A DNA stretch of 64,000 bases from Botryllus schlosseri (Eukaryota). A model generated the notes under the pieces. The model worked only from the letters and a program-made list of their open reading frames with translations. It was not told the DNA's origin and ran no database searches. The DNA lies in NCBI GenBank assembly GCA_051294905.1, contig CM119372.1:14014001-14078000 (forward strand), read 5' to 3'. Shown in pieces: positions 11,661 to 24,768 of this stretch (its first letter is position 1; each line of letters begins with the position of its first letter). The translations under genes and the position numbers were made by a program.

Positions 11661-14600
11661 ATGTCAGCGATTGTCAGATTTTTGTCATCATCGATAAAAA
11701 AAGCATATTGTGCAAGCATTTCTGACGCTGTCATGGATTCAATGTTCATTGTCAAGGATGAAAGCATACAGGAACAAGGGACATTCTACCATGATGAACT
11801 TCTTCCTGCATTACCACTACCTTACTTGGAACATACCTTGGCAAAATATCTTGACTCCTGCAGACCAGGTAAACTAAATATAATGTTTATCGCCATGAAA
11901 ACCCAACCAGGGGCAGACTGCTATTTCAAATGCATATTGTTGCATTCCTTAAAAGTGGGAGTTTGATTCAATGATTATACATCTGAATATAATCTTCTTT
12001 GAAATGATAGTACAAATGATGGTATCATTTCAATGAAATTCAATATTTTCCATATACAGTTCTCAATGAAGCGGAATATAAAAGAACTGACAGCATTGTT
12101 CAAAGCTTCCTCTTGAACGATGGAAATAGACTTCATGAACAGCTACTGCAGAGGAGTAAAGGTATAGACTTGCAGAAGCAGTAAATACCAGATTTTCCCA
12201 ATTTGTTGACAAGTGCGTGTGTAATAATAACATGTTTCCCATTTCTCCGTTTAACTATCTGAATGGGATTGGGTGAAAGAATGTACGATACGTTTCTGCA
12301 GTATCCCTAATACATTATGTTCCCTCCACCTCTCTCTGATCAGACTTGTTGATGAAAGGTCAAGTGATACTCATCAATCTATATTCGTACAATCTGACAT
12401 AATTTTCATGCATATGTGTGAATATTCGTTAAGAACACAAGAACTGGTTGGATGATTGGTGGTTGGACGGTTATTTATATTATCGCGGACCAGCGGCTGC
12501 CCTGAACTTCACCGGATTCTCAGACTTTGCTTATTGGCCCCCTATTGACCAGGTGACCCATTAGTCTCCGAGGTATATTTGAACAGGAGCTAACGTGGAT
12601 TATTTTTCAGGTAAAAAGCTCAGCTCTGCAACTTCACTTAATGATGAGGTTTTGGCAGATTCTGAGAGAAGAGAGATTGCGCCAGCAGATGGATGCCAAA
12701 GGAAATAAATTTTCAATGTTTCAATACAAGTAAGATTTGGCAGCCTAATCAAACATAGTACAAACATACAATGGTAGCGGTATTAACCCATGTCAAATGG
12801 TAAATTGACCTAAATTATGGAATAAACGTTGCCCTCATTTGTGAAATTGCGGTATTAAATATTTATGAGACACCTCAATATGGGATCCAGCGATGGCTAA
12901 ATTTGCTATGCAATTCATTTTAGATTTATATCTCAATAGATTCCTCTTCAATACATGTCGAATTCCACTACTGGAAAAAGACAATCTGTCTGCAGGCTTC
13001 AAAACGAAATATGAAGGTCATTGCCCCAGCCACATCATAATAATCTATAAAAGGAACTTGTACAAAATACCTGGACTCTCCCAGAAAACAGGTGAAGATT
13101 TATGCTTGTAAGCAGATGTCACTTGCTATGATAAATTGGATGTATGCCTATTGTTTAAGGTGAATTGAAAATTCTGTGTTTCGCTCATTTGTATACTTGA
13201 CTGTTCAAGTATTAATACATAATGTATTCACTCGGTTTATGTCGTATTAGTGTTGCACTTACCTTAAAAAGAGTCTACAATTATGAAGTAATTCTCATCA
13301 TTATCGGAGAAAATATTTCAGCTTCCTAGGAGGTGGTCTAAGTAGAGTTTATACTCAAGTAGAAGTAATATCGTAAATTTCTACTCAATTGCAAGTACAA
13401 GTAACGATTTGCAAGACATGTTAAAAGTTCCTGAAATTCAAGTAGAAAATTAGTTATGAAAAGTCTCAAGTAAGTAGTTTAAAAAAGAGATTTCGTCGAG
13501 GAGTCGCATGCCTTTGGCAATGGAATAGAGGTGCAGAATTTTGACGTTGCTGGGTGCATCTTTGCGACTAACACAAAATGACTAATGACATCACAAATTG
13601 GTGCAGTTTTCGAACGAATATTCAGTTGTTGTGATCCACGGAACTGTTCCGCCGAATTTTTTCGCGCACAAAAGTGATATAAACATATGTCAAAGCTACT
13701 TTCTACTTTATAAAACCCACAGTGTATAAAGTAAGTAGCTTCAGCTGATAAAAACCGTCCAAGTACAAGTGGGATCGGTGTAAAATCATAACCATTTAGT
13801 AAATAGTGCAGCAGCAGCGAGTACATTGTTACAGACCGGTGGCCACCTCTGTCTTTTAACTCAGCAGTATTCTAAATCCTAAAATCCAAAAATTCATTCG
13901 TACGTAGGTCACAGGTCGATGAGTTGCTGAAATGATTATGCGCACTTGCCTTGGTCTCCTCATTTACTCGTTTCTCAGGTCAAATTCTGTCTCCCGGCCA
14001 ATTCCACAAGTTGCTTTTGGAGATTACGAAAAACAATAACCCTGGACCCGGAGTTGCTTGCTTAACGGAGCTGCCTCGTGACGAGTGGGCTACGGCACGG
14101 GCACACTTGTTAAATATCTCTCCTCGAAACCGAGAGTTACTGAAAGAAATCGAAACTGCTGCGTTCTGTGCCTGCATCACGGACAAGAGTACTCCGGTGT
14201 AGTAAACCTATGTTTGTGTCTTACTCAACTCGGACTGATCCAATCAAATATTGGTGTGATATCGAAACCGTGCGTGGGATGAAAAATCTTGCGATTTCAA
14301 TCAATTTTGTTGCTTAAATAAGCTATCCTTGCTACTGAAATTTCAAATCAACCCAATATCGTTGTGATTGTGAAGCAGTGGTCCTTAACCATTGCTAACT
14401 TGGCGAACCCTGACGTTAATCTGCTTTTGGCAAATACCAAATTTTTGCCGAGTCACAAAAAACAAAAATCTACATTGCACATCTAGTACATCACTATAGC
14501 ATACTGGTGCACATGAACTGTGCATCAACAGCAGTGTTAGAAGAACAAAGCCATTGAAGCATGATTTTCACACAAAACAAAAAAATTATAATGAATATAC

Positions 14601-17600
14601 TCTGCAAATCAGTGTGACTTCTGCTCTATGAGTTGGGTGTGTGTCTTGACCTCATCGAAACCACTGGGGCTCGTGTAAACCCTGGTTAAGAACTGCTGAT
14701 GTGAACGATATTAGAGTATAATATGCAACGTGTCAGTGATTCAGATAATTTATCCTTGCTGTCGTTTTGACTCTTCATATATCTGTGCAGGGATATCGTG
14801 ATAAAATGCAGCACGGGATGTTCGAGACTGCGGGCCTCCGCTGGGCGGATAAGTTTAATATTATCTGCAACAAAGAGAACGACTTCATTATCCATTCTGA
14901 TCACACTCCTCTCGACGGTATGGTCGTCGTGACCTTGATGTCGTATTGTGATGCTTACTTGCAGATGCTAAAAAGCACAGGACTGGGAAGCATTTGGGGA
15001 GACGGTGAGCAATCAAATATTTCATACTGCAATCTAGAATAGCTTATATCAGGGGTCACCAACACGCAGCCCGCAAGTCAAATTTTGCGGCCCGCAAACT
15101 GATTTGAGATTTTGGAAGAACGCTTAGTAAGGCATTTTGAAAATGAAGCAGTCAGTAGTTAGTTTTATCAGTTGCAGCTATGAACATGTGACTGTTTTGC
15201 TGTCAAATCCCCAGCAATGTGGTTAGATAGAAAAGATTACCCAACAAGCAAAAAATTATTAATTTTGTAACTGGTAGCTGGTAAATTATGTGAATTCCGT
15301 CAATAGTAGTAGAATAGCATCTTATGAAATCCAGGGGGGTTCCACTTCATTTTGGACACGTGGTGGCGATAAAGATAACTCGACCCAAATCTGTTTTGTT
15401 GCTATATGCTCTATTATGGGACTGGGCTAAACATGGACCTGATTTCGTGTCTTGACGTACAACGAGGATGGTGAAAGTATCCATATCCATATAAATCATC
15501 CGTATGGATATTAAATAGCTGTTATCCGACGAAAATAATGCTATTTCTTGGCGTCTTGTCCTCATGATGGAAGTGCTGAAATTATGACTCTATCCTCACC
15601 AACTGCAAAGGTTCTATCATTATTATTTTCTCTATTCAGCAGCCAATACTTCGCCGGGTTGGACTGGATTCAACACAAACCCTTTCTAGATATATTCATG
15701 TCATTTCAATACCTGAGCCCTATCCTTTAATGTCATCATTATCTGTTGCAGTTGGTATATTTAAATAATAAAATACTAATAATACCAACTAGATCTCATC
15801 CTCTCTGATAATTGACAATTAAACGATGTACTGATGTACTGATTTGAGATTTTGGAAGAACGCTTAGGCATTTTGAAAATGAAGCAGTCAGTAGTTAGTT
15901 TTATCGGTTGCAGCTATGAACATGTGACTGTTCTGTCAAATCCCCAGCAATGTGGTTAGATAGAATGAATTACCCAACGAGCAAAAAATTATTAATTTTA
16001 TAACTGGTAGCTGTTGAATTATGTGAGTTCAGTCAATAGTAGTAGAATAGCATCTTATGAAATCCAGCAGGCTCCAGCTCCTGCTCCACATTAAATACAC
16101 GTAATGCTCCGGCTCCAGCTCCGGTGATATGTATTACTCCAAAACCCTGGTTGCTGCTCAAGTAGAAGTAATGCCAAAATTACTACTCAAGTACAAGTAG
16201 CTATTCCCAAGACATGGCAAAACATACTTCAAGTGGAAATAGAAAATAAATGGTTGAAAAGTACTCTAGTAAGTACTGAGTAGTATCGAAAAAAGTACAT
16301 TTGGTTAAGGGGTCGCATAGTAGCAGTTACTCAGAGGTGGTTAGTTTAGTACTTGAATGATGTATCTGCGTGCCTAACAGGAAATGACTTAGAATCTTAG
16401 AGAATATATTCAGGTACTGTAATACTCGAATATTTCACACATTAATCACACAAGTCGTATGACAATTTCATGGGTAAAAGTGATGCAAACCTAACCCAAA
16501 TCTACTTTTTTAAATCCAAAATGTAAAAATGTGTCGTTCTGCCTAACAAAGTCTTCAAGTAGAGATGAAAGTAATCTAAAACATAACCACCTGAGTAAGT
16601 AGAGCAAGTTGGCAAAATGTACTTGAGTACTTCATAGTAGAAGTACTATGTTGCTGACCACCTCTGGCGAGAAGCCAACTTCATTATGAGGCCTCAGATT
16701 GTCCCGAATTTAAAATAGTTTTTGGTTATTCGGTTTGAATGGAATAGCCACAGTTAACAAAGCCGATGTGATCACGTTACAAAATCCATAGCTAGACTTG
16801 TGTCTTGTGTAGGTATATATTGCCATAAATTCCATCCATATATTTGTCAATGTACATTTAGCTCCTTACAGTCAATGTATTGGTTATGGAAAAATTACTG
16901 AATGGGATGACAAAAACTGATCATACTTGTATATGGCTTCTTCTGATGGTGTCTCGGTGACTATGTGTATCTCGCGTAGATCTGGCACCTGAGGGAAAAG
17001 CGACCGAGCTGTCGTTCGAAATTGACGATGGAATTCGGAAGTGGATTTCTGATGGTGGTCGAGTTGTGAACGAAATAGACGACTCGTCAGAAGTAGAGTA
17101 TCTTCACTTCACGGAATTCGGGAAGAAAGGTCTGAGGAAATTGACAAAAGTACGTTCTAGTATGTGCTCGCGCTGCATAACAATACTGCTTTGAAGACGT
17201 CTTTCTTCGATCCTACCTAACTTGGTATTTCCTGAAAGTATAATCTGAAACTGCTGGGTTGAAAAGTGTCTGGTAGACTTCGCCTGAACCTTTGCTGATC
17301 TGTTTCAATTAGTACGGACATCCGTTATTCTGGCTTTGCTAATTAAATGTGACAATTGCTTGCTAGTTTAAAAAATGGAATTCCTATAGATTCATCCGTG
17401 CGCCTTTGTTCAAGTCTGCCTGCAGTACGCTTATATGAAAATGCACGGAAGGCCGGCCTCTACCTATGAAACTGCTACTACGAGAATGTAAGTCTTTATT
17501 TCTTTTGATCAGTATGCTTGTTCCGAATCTAGCGCCATCTCCTTTACTTGTCATACCAATATACATTTTCTAGAATTCGCTTTTCTGACTATGACACTCT

Positions 17601-19689
17601 GTTCTAGATTCTATAAAGGTCGAACAGAAACAAACAGAACCTGCACTGTGGAATCTGTTCAGTTCTGCAATGCCATGATAGCCGGTTAGTATTCTAGGAA
17701 TACCCACTGATGGTCAGTAACGAAATAGCTCTACGCTCTTGGAGTACGCATAAAGGTTTTACCTGCTTGTGCCAGTTAGTCATTTAGTAATGTTTTTAGA
17801 CTACCGGTCCGGTACTTCTGCATCCGACTTTTTACAATTTGTATTTGGAAAAGTAGGAAGTAGTTTTGCGATAAATATGCAACGCTTTGGTGATTGAAAT
17901 TTTCATAACGTCTGTGTCCCCTGTATCATGGTAACTGAATATCTTCTAAAAGATAATGCCTATTTGTAGTGACATTACAGGTAGTCATTTTGCATTGGGC
18001 GCAAAGATTCGTCTTTCGATTTCAAATTTAGCCACCTTCGACTAAATGCCAAACGACCAAATCTATGTTTTGAAACTACCATGTTGAGTACTTTTCATTT
18101 TCTACTACCGCTTGAAGTAGTTTTGATATTTCCTGGAAATTCCAACCACATGTAATTGAGTAGCAACGCTGACTACTTGACCGCCTCTGGGCACTGCTCT
18201 ATGTTGATTGTTTCACACTTTTCGAGCATATCCCCTTCTGTTTCTTGGCAGATGACCCCGGAAAGAAAGAATTATTCACGGCAGCCTGTCAAAAGTACTT
18301 GGCACAAATGGACGAATGCAGACTTGCAAGAGGTTGTGACAGACACCTGTTGGGTTTGTCTGTAGTTGCAATGGTGAGGGATTCATTGTTTATAAAATTT
18401 TTTCAGTAATGGAATGATGTCTCTATGCTTGACATTCGCTATTCTTTCTGTAGAAAAATGGCGAGGAGACCCCGGGTATTTTTACCGATCCCGCATTTGT
18501 GAAATCCGGTGGAGGGGGAAACTTTCTACTTTCGACAAGTTTCCTTGGCTACGCAACGGTATGTTTGACTCTTCGTTTGGGTATACATGAGGTTGTCGGT
18601 TCTTCATAAATTTCAAGTCGGTATCACACTTTGAAATCAACAACGGTATCTGCCTTTAGAGGTAAAAAAATATTGCTTACAGATGCAGCCTCTCTAGTTT
18701 ACGTCATGTCCATTACCATGGCAATGAATGTAAAGCTATTCGAATCAATGCTTGAAGTTATAGAAATAAGCCTTCAACTAGATGCAATGACCGGGGTTAT
18801 GTGATCAGTAGGGCAAGTTTATGTTGTAGCGAAATCCTGAAAAGTGCCACTTTTTTTCACAAACATGCAGTGAAAAGTTGCATTTACGGACAAGTTCCTT
18901 GAAATTATCAGGGTACGAGATACTCGAATCATTCCGTATCCAAGGCTCTGTAGCAGAACTCAATGTTGGCGACTTCAACAACATCAATAGCCTGGAAAAA
19001 TTGACCCAGTGAAAATATAATTTTCAGCGGTCTAGCGTGAATGTACGTCAAATCAGAACTACCTCAAATTTAAACGACAGTTAAATAATCAATCGATATT
19101 TTTACATAGTGCCAAATATTTCCTGTAAAAAGTTAGTTGCATAAAATATCGAAAAGACTTGCAAAAAGTTGCATGAAAAATCGAAGAGTAGCAAAAAATT
19201 GTATGAAAAATCGAAAAAGTTGCAAAATGTTGCATGAAAAAAATGAAGAAAAGTTGCAATAGAAGATTCCTTCAAACAGCTTAAAACACCACACTACATA
19301 ACATCTGAGTATTTAGGAAGCTGCCGGGAGTTGTAAAAGTTGCCCTAGTGATCAGACATGATACTCGAGTATATTGACTCTAGTAGTAGGATTCTCTTGC
19401 AACATATGTATTTTGTATCCACCGAATGATGTTATTTTCCTGCGTCGGGCCAACATTAGATTTTCATGTTCATCATATTTTTATCTCGTCACGGTTTCAG
19501 GCGATTGGGGGAGTTCTACCCTTCCGTGATGATGGATATGGGGTGTTCTACAGAATTAACAATGACAAAATTACGTTTGTCATTACTGCTAGCCGAAAAG
19601 CATCCGGAACAAGTGCATTGGTTATGAAGAAACATCTCCATGGTGCCTTGGTTGAATGCTACAATCTTCATGAAGCATCTCGTCTTTAG
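11661..19689 (+). CDS. CROT: Peroxisomal carnitine O-octanoyltransferase-like, paralogue 1 (13 coding exons, 630 aa)
   Basis: GT-AG exons 11661-11868, 12060-12161, 12434-12552, 12611-12729, 12940-13091, 13979-14196, 14791-15004, 16980-17149, 17390-17487, 17608-17684, 18252-18373, 18454-18558, 19501-19689 join into a 1893-nt stop-free frame. Carnitine acyltransferase motifs: LPALPLP..L..YL, NWL..WW, FNTCRIP, RWADK, catalytic DHTPLDG, YETATTR.FYKGRTET, GCDRHLLGL, CROT-type SGGGGNFLLSTS, DGYG, and C-terminal PTS1 SRL. Confidence 0.93.
13330..13851. mobile_element. Intronic MITE with AAGTAG arrays
   Basis: GAGGTGGTC ... GGCCACCTCTG termini; AGTAGAAGT motifs. Confidence 0.65.
14376..14698. mobile_element. 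Intronic hAT MITE
   Basis: TIRs CAGTGGTCCTTAACC / GGTTAAGAACTGCTG; similar flanks TTGTGAAG / ATGTGAAC. Confidence 0.7.
15098..16067 (+). repeat. Direct repeat pair of about 235 bp in CROT paralogue 1 intron 7
   Basis: 15098-15334 and 15838-16067 are nearly identical (ACTGATTTGAGATTTTGGAAGAACGC...CATCTTATGAAATCCAG). Confidence 0.9.
16332..16666. mobile_element. Intronic MITE with AAGTAG arrays
   Basis: TIRs CAGAGGTGGT / ACCACCTCTG; a related array also lies at about 16155-16300. Confidence 0.68.
17705..18189. mobile_element. Intronic MITE of the AAGTAG family (reverse orientation)
   Basis: GATGGTCAGTAAC ... CTACTTGACCGCCTCTG termini. Confidence 0.6.
19127..19260. repeat. Degenerate tandem repeat of about 30 bp (AAAAGTTGCATGAAAAATCG)
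   Basis: About four imperfect units in the last intron of CROT paralogue 1. Confidence 0.7.
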
Positions 19690-19796
19690 TGATGCATAGC
19701 AATGATTCGATGACACCAATTTTTGCAGATTAATATATGCTTTTCAGGTTACTAGAAGGTAATTAAGTCGTCATCAAATTTTAAGATGTTATGTGC

Positions 19797-19802
19797 AATA
19801 AA
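19797..19802 (+). terminator. Candidate polyadenylation signal of CROT paralogue 1
   Basis: AATAAA about 108 nt after the stop codon, followed by a T/GT-rich tract. Confidence 0.5.
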
Positions 19803-20190
19803 TGTTTTGTAATTTCCCTTTGCAATGAATAATATATTGATATTGCCAAATTTATTTCACCCCAAGCTTTTCGACTGACTCTCATCGGGAGCGAATGTCA
19901 GTAAATGCGGTTGTCCAAATTCGAAATATTTATAGTTTTGTCGTACTGACCTAAAAATGATGATGAACAGTAAAGTAAACTAGACTCCAGGACGGCATGA
20001 TCGGGGCTGATCCAAGTAGTCGGCGTTGCTACTCAACACAATAGATTTAACACTGCAAATTCATATTTAAATGAATTGGTCGTGGGGTCGCGTACCGTAG
20101 GTCTTTGCTTACTAAATAGCAAGATGTCGGATAAGTATCAAATCTACTGCAAGTGGAAAATGAAACGTGCGAAAGAACCCGAGTAAGGAG

Positions 20191-20480
20191 CACTGGCGTA
20201 GCAGCATGTGCTGCCGCCCCCCCCCCCCCCCCCCCCCCCCCCCGATCATCATTCATGGTGGAACGTAAATAAGACTTGATCAGTTTGAGTTTGAGAAGAT
20301 CCTCACACAGCTCGCAATTGAAACACCAATGGTCAGATAAAGTTTCAGACACGAGCATAAATATGGTGTCGAATCAAGTAGCTTTGCATTCACTATAGTT
20401 AATGTTAACCATTAACCACTGTAAAACATCAAAAGCTGTCGCACTACAATCTGACGTGGTATCACTGCTCCGCACCAGCC
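20191..20480 (-). mobile_element. hAT transposase C-terminal (dimerisation) remnant with one terminus
   Basis: Minus strand reads KLKLIKSYLRSTMNDDR and then jumps through a poly-G run to the terminus GCTACGCCAGTG; homologous to 37740-38263. Confidence 0.75.
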
Positions 20481-20758
20481 TCCTAACATTTTTAAAATTT
20501 CAAGTCGAACAACTTCATATGATCATATCTTAATTTGTGTTCGTCCTAGAAGCCTCATATTGGTTTGTACGAAAAGCTAGCAATCTTCTGATTTTTATGA
20601 TCCCTAATTCGAAGGTATAGGGCAAGACAATTTTCGCAGCAAACTCCAAAAAGTCCACCTCGTCGTCATTAGTGCTTCTAAAATCGGTGGTGAATAAATT
20701 GTGACTTTCGCTTTGCAGCAGCGCGTGGAAAACAAAAATCCAAACATATCATTTAAGT

Positions 20759-21975
20759 CAGAGGTCTCAAACACGCGGCCCGCGGGCCGCATGCGGCCCT
20801 CCAGGGCATTTTGTGCGGCCCGCGACGACATTTTAAGATTTTTAATAATTTGACAATATATACGTGTCACATATATCTTTTAAGGTTATAAAGTCAAAAT
20901 TCCCTCTTAAATTGCTCCGAAAGCCTGAAACTATAAATCAAACTTCACTATCAAATCTATTGCAAACGCTACCATACAGGGGAAGATTCATTATTTCGCC
21001 ACATTTCCAATTCATGGTGACAAAACCTGACCCTTAGACGATTCTTGACTGAAATTTGTGAGTTGGAATTGGACGTGACCTTTCTCAGAATTACTCAGAC
21101 TCGTCGGACTAACTCGATGGCAAAATGAAAATGACCCGAGTTGACTCGGAGTGACTCGGAATGCCGTGAATTTGTTAGAACCATGGACGCAACAAACTAA
21201 TCGCGTATCAGGGGAATAGTAATAGATCAGAAGGTCGCAGCTTGGTATTTCGCTAACTAAGCGAGTAGTTATGGCAACCATGGGCAATCTGTTCGTTACA
21301 TCTTTGGTCGCTAATCCATGTTGTTAAGGCCACTTCAAGGTACCGAGTATACCGTAGTGGTACGCTCCAACGATGTAACAACAATGGGCCGTTCGGCGTT
21401 CCGATAACTAAGACAAATTCATTAATATATTTATATTATATTTATATTTTTTCTGCTCCTGTATTTGAAGATATTTGGCCATGAGAATAATAGCCTACAT
21501 ATCAGACGTACACCCGAATCCTGGATTGGAATTACAATGCTCAACCTAAAAATGTTTTGATATCAGATCAGTCTCTAGCCTAGCTATTATCAATCTGTGA
21601 AATTCAAAATATTCATAGTAGCTGCAAAATTATAACCCGATAGCTTTTATGATGGCATCATACATTTTTCCGGCCATATGGTGTCTATATCTTACAATTA
21701 ATAAGTATCAAGTGCAACAACAATTCTATTCAAATAGTTCTAAATGTGATGATTCTTTTTGTGCCAGGCCTAAATTGATACAAGAGTAAATCACATTTTG
21801 ACGATGTTTGTTTACTGTCAGTCTGCTGGATCGTCTCACTTTCAATAGGACAATTCAATCCCGCCAAATAAGGCCTACTTGGAAAGACATAGAACACCCC
21901 TATAAGTGCTGCGGCCCGCGGCGTCGTCAAAACGGGAAAACTGGCCCGCGAGCACATTTGAGTTTGAGACCTCTG
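20759..21975. mobile_element. Non-autonomous hAT element with GCGGCCCGCGGGCCGC motifs
   Basis: TIR CAGAGGTCTCAAAC; exact TSD ATTTAAGT; same termini as 38419-39950. Confidence 0.92.
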
Positions 21976-22242
21976 ATTTAAGTGGTGTATGCCGCTAAAC
22001 CTAGTTTCAGCTTCAAGTTTAAATCCGTCCAAAGCTTGAAACTTGCTTAGTCTAACTTCTTCAACAACAGGCCTTGACGGCTATTTCGGAGTGATTCCAT
22101 CGCCATGTTAACATAATAATTCGTGTTACCGGAATCAGCGCGACACTAACTTTCGATTGAGACCTGTTTGATTAAATTTGAGCTCACGGGACGCCAGCTA
22201 TAAGACTACCAATTACGCTTCTTTTAGCCGGCTGTACACTGT

Positions 22243-22390
22243 GCCGAGCGAGATACTGAAATGGTGACGCGTCCGGCGTCTTGATTTATAGGTCGTGGGT
22301 TCGATCCACGGCCGGGTCATACCAAAGACTCGAAAACTGGTATCCCGCTAGGCGCTCAGCAATCACGGATAGCATGGAGGAGAAAAAAAC
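22243..22390 (+). mobile_element. tRNA-derived SINE (Meta-domain-like)
   Basis: B-box GGTTCGATCC, followed by CCGGGTCATACCAAAGACT..AAAACTGGTA..GCTAGGCGCTCAGCA. Confidence 0.8.
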
Positions 22391-23737
22391 GTGGGTGCAA
22401 ATTTGAGTCAATTCCGACTAGTAGAAGCGGAACTATTTGAGTTTTTCGTTGATAATCTCCGGATCAAGGATAATCCGAGAATTATCAACGAAAAACTCGA
22501 ATAACTCCGCTCAAATTTGTTTTGCATCGTCTTTGAACTTGAAGACAGCTCAACAATTTCATGGGGTTGACAGAAAAATTTGAGAATTTTTTTAAAATCT
22601 ATATTAATAAATTAAAAATTTCAATTTAAGATTGCACGGCCTTTACTGGTTGGAATTGAGTCAAATTTGGTGTGCATCGTTTTCTTGGACAACCTGACGA
22701 TTTAGTCATGAGGCGAGTGAGGTTTGGAAAAAAAAAGTTTTTTTTTTGAACAACCCTACTGTGCAGCCTCATTTTGCCGCCCCCTTGGAGCCTGCCGCCC
22801 CTAGCGCAAAGCCAGAACCGCCAAGTGGCTGCTACGCCACTGGTAAGGAGTAGGGTTGTAACGACTTGATTGAAGTCGCGATTTTTTTGGTGACTCGATC
22901 TGAGTCAATTTGCAACCTGCCACCGTAGAAGGAAATTTGTGAGGTTGCAGGAACGACTTGGAGTAGTCTATTAATCAGACACCCACTTCGGCCTACAGCA
23001 TGTAAATAAGAGACATGCACACCGGATTTCAGAAAGGATAACATAAAAGGAAGCGACAAAATGAATGAATGCAGCAATATGTCGGTAGGCGAGGTCGATA
23101 AGTCATATTGTGGTCTGGTAATCTTGCGGGCCGACTAGTATCGATTCAGTAGAAAGTGCTTGTGTTTCGATTTGAATGTGGGCAACTGGACATGCTCGAC
23201 CACTGTCGGATCATAGTCGTTTACAGCACTGTGAACGACTATGAGTCAGATGCCGTTCCACACTCCAGGTCCGGCGTAGTTGATAGAGCGTTACGTTATT
23301 AGTCACAGTCACACGCAATATATATGTTGTATATATAATCGTATAAGGATAAGTATACATATCATTGGTCAAACATTTTCGCATGTACGAGTTCTATTGT
23401 ACGGTGACAAAAAAGCCCCCCAAAAAGACCCGATAAGGAAAGAAAAGAGCAAGAAATAGTTTCTAAAAAGGACCGACGAAGAAAGGATAACATCACAGAG
23501 TGACATCAGGCACTAGGTCAAGGCATCCCCCTATCTGTTCATTACATCGCATTTTTTGTCGTGTATATCGCATTGTACAATGTGTGTGTGTGTTGGACAG
23601 ATGAACATATAACCTGACCATTGATTGATTGATTGTAGATACGGATGTTCTGTATGTCCTGTGACCAGAAGTTGCCTACAGCACGAATCCCTTGCATATT
23701 TTGATGTATAATAGATTGATATAAGACATGAACAATC

Positions 23738-24510
23738 CAGTGTTGGGATCAAGTCACTACCTTCGAGTCATTTTCAGTCGATCATTGCACATTTTGACTC
23801 GAGTCAAGTCAAGTCGATCGTATTTTGGAGGTGACTCGAGTCAAGTCATAATTCGAGTCAAGTTGACTTTTCGAAGTATGAGGCATGATAACGTTATTGC
23901 ATTTTGCTAGCTGTCTGAAATGCAGATTGAGTTGTCATTGATATTGAACCAATGAATGAATATAGAGTTAAATATACACGCAAGAAGGCGCTGTATCGCT
24001 CACATATACGTATAACTGCTAAACCTCAGTTTCATAGATACGAATTGATAAGATGCAATACATTACGCATTTACAAATCGATATGATACAATTCGAACCT
24101 GCGCCAATGGTTAAGGACAATCAGTTTCAATAAAACAAGAGGCTTTGGTTAAGGTAAAAACAGAGAACAGAAATTACTTTACTATACTAGTTTACGAGAA
24201 CGTAAGCGGTAAGCTTCGATCACTTCGTTTGCGGCAATTTATTTGTGAGAGAACAATGGAGGCTCAGTGAAACCCACGATCATTAAATGATTGGTCGCTC
24301 TCACCGGTTACACCAGCGTCTCGCGAACAATCCGACCATATGCAAGATACAGTGATTTTAATCGACACCGATTACTTGATGACTTGAAATTGACTCGTGA
24401 ATTCTGCCCCGAGTCACGAGTCAATCCACATTTCTGATAGGCCGAGTCAAGTCAAGTCATTTTAGCAAAGTGACTCGAGTCAAGTCATGACTCGAGTCAT
24501 CCCAACACTG
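23738..24510. mobile_element. hAT MITE with GACTCGAGTCAAGTC arrays
   Basis: TIRs CAGTGTTGGGAT / ATCCCAACACTG; exact TSD GAACAATC. Confidence 0.92.
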
Positions 24511-24518
24511 GAACAATC

Positions 24519-24720
24519 CCCTTTTTCTATACTATCTTCTTTACTTTTCATTCAGTGTCCATGCCTCCTGATTGATTTACATCGCCTATGCCAAGGTGGG
24601 TGTCTGATTCAGTAGACTACTCCAAGTCGCTTTGACACCTTCCAATCTTTTCATTGTATCGCATTTTTGTGGTGTATTGAACCGATAAAATTGCTAATAA
24701 ACCAATGATAATGACGATGA
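24519..24720 (+). mobile_element. 3' UTR and tail of the same LINE family as 6020-7535
   Basis: Colinear with 6779-6935 plus 7496-7535; ends AATAAACCAATGATAATGACGATGA. Confidence 0.75.
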
Positions 24721-24768
24721 AATCCTCACATCTTTCACGATTTACACGACAGGCTGAATGATCATGAG

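Noticed and set aside
20217..20243. Long poly-C run encoding poly-Gly
   Set aside because: It is a homopolymer at the deletion junction of a dead hAT element; its length may be a sequencing artefact.
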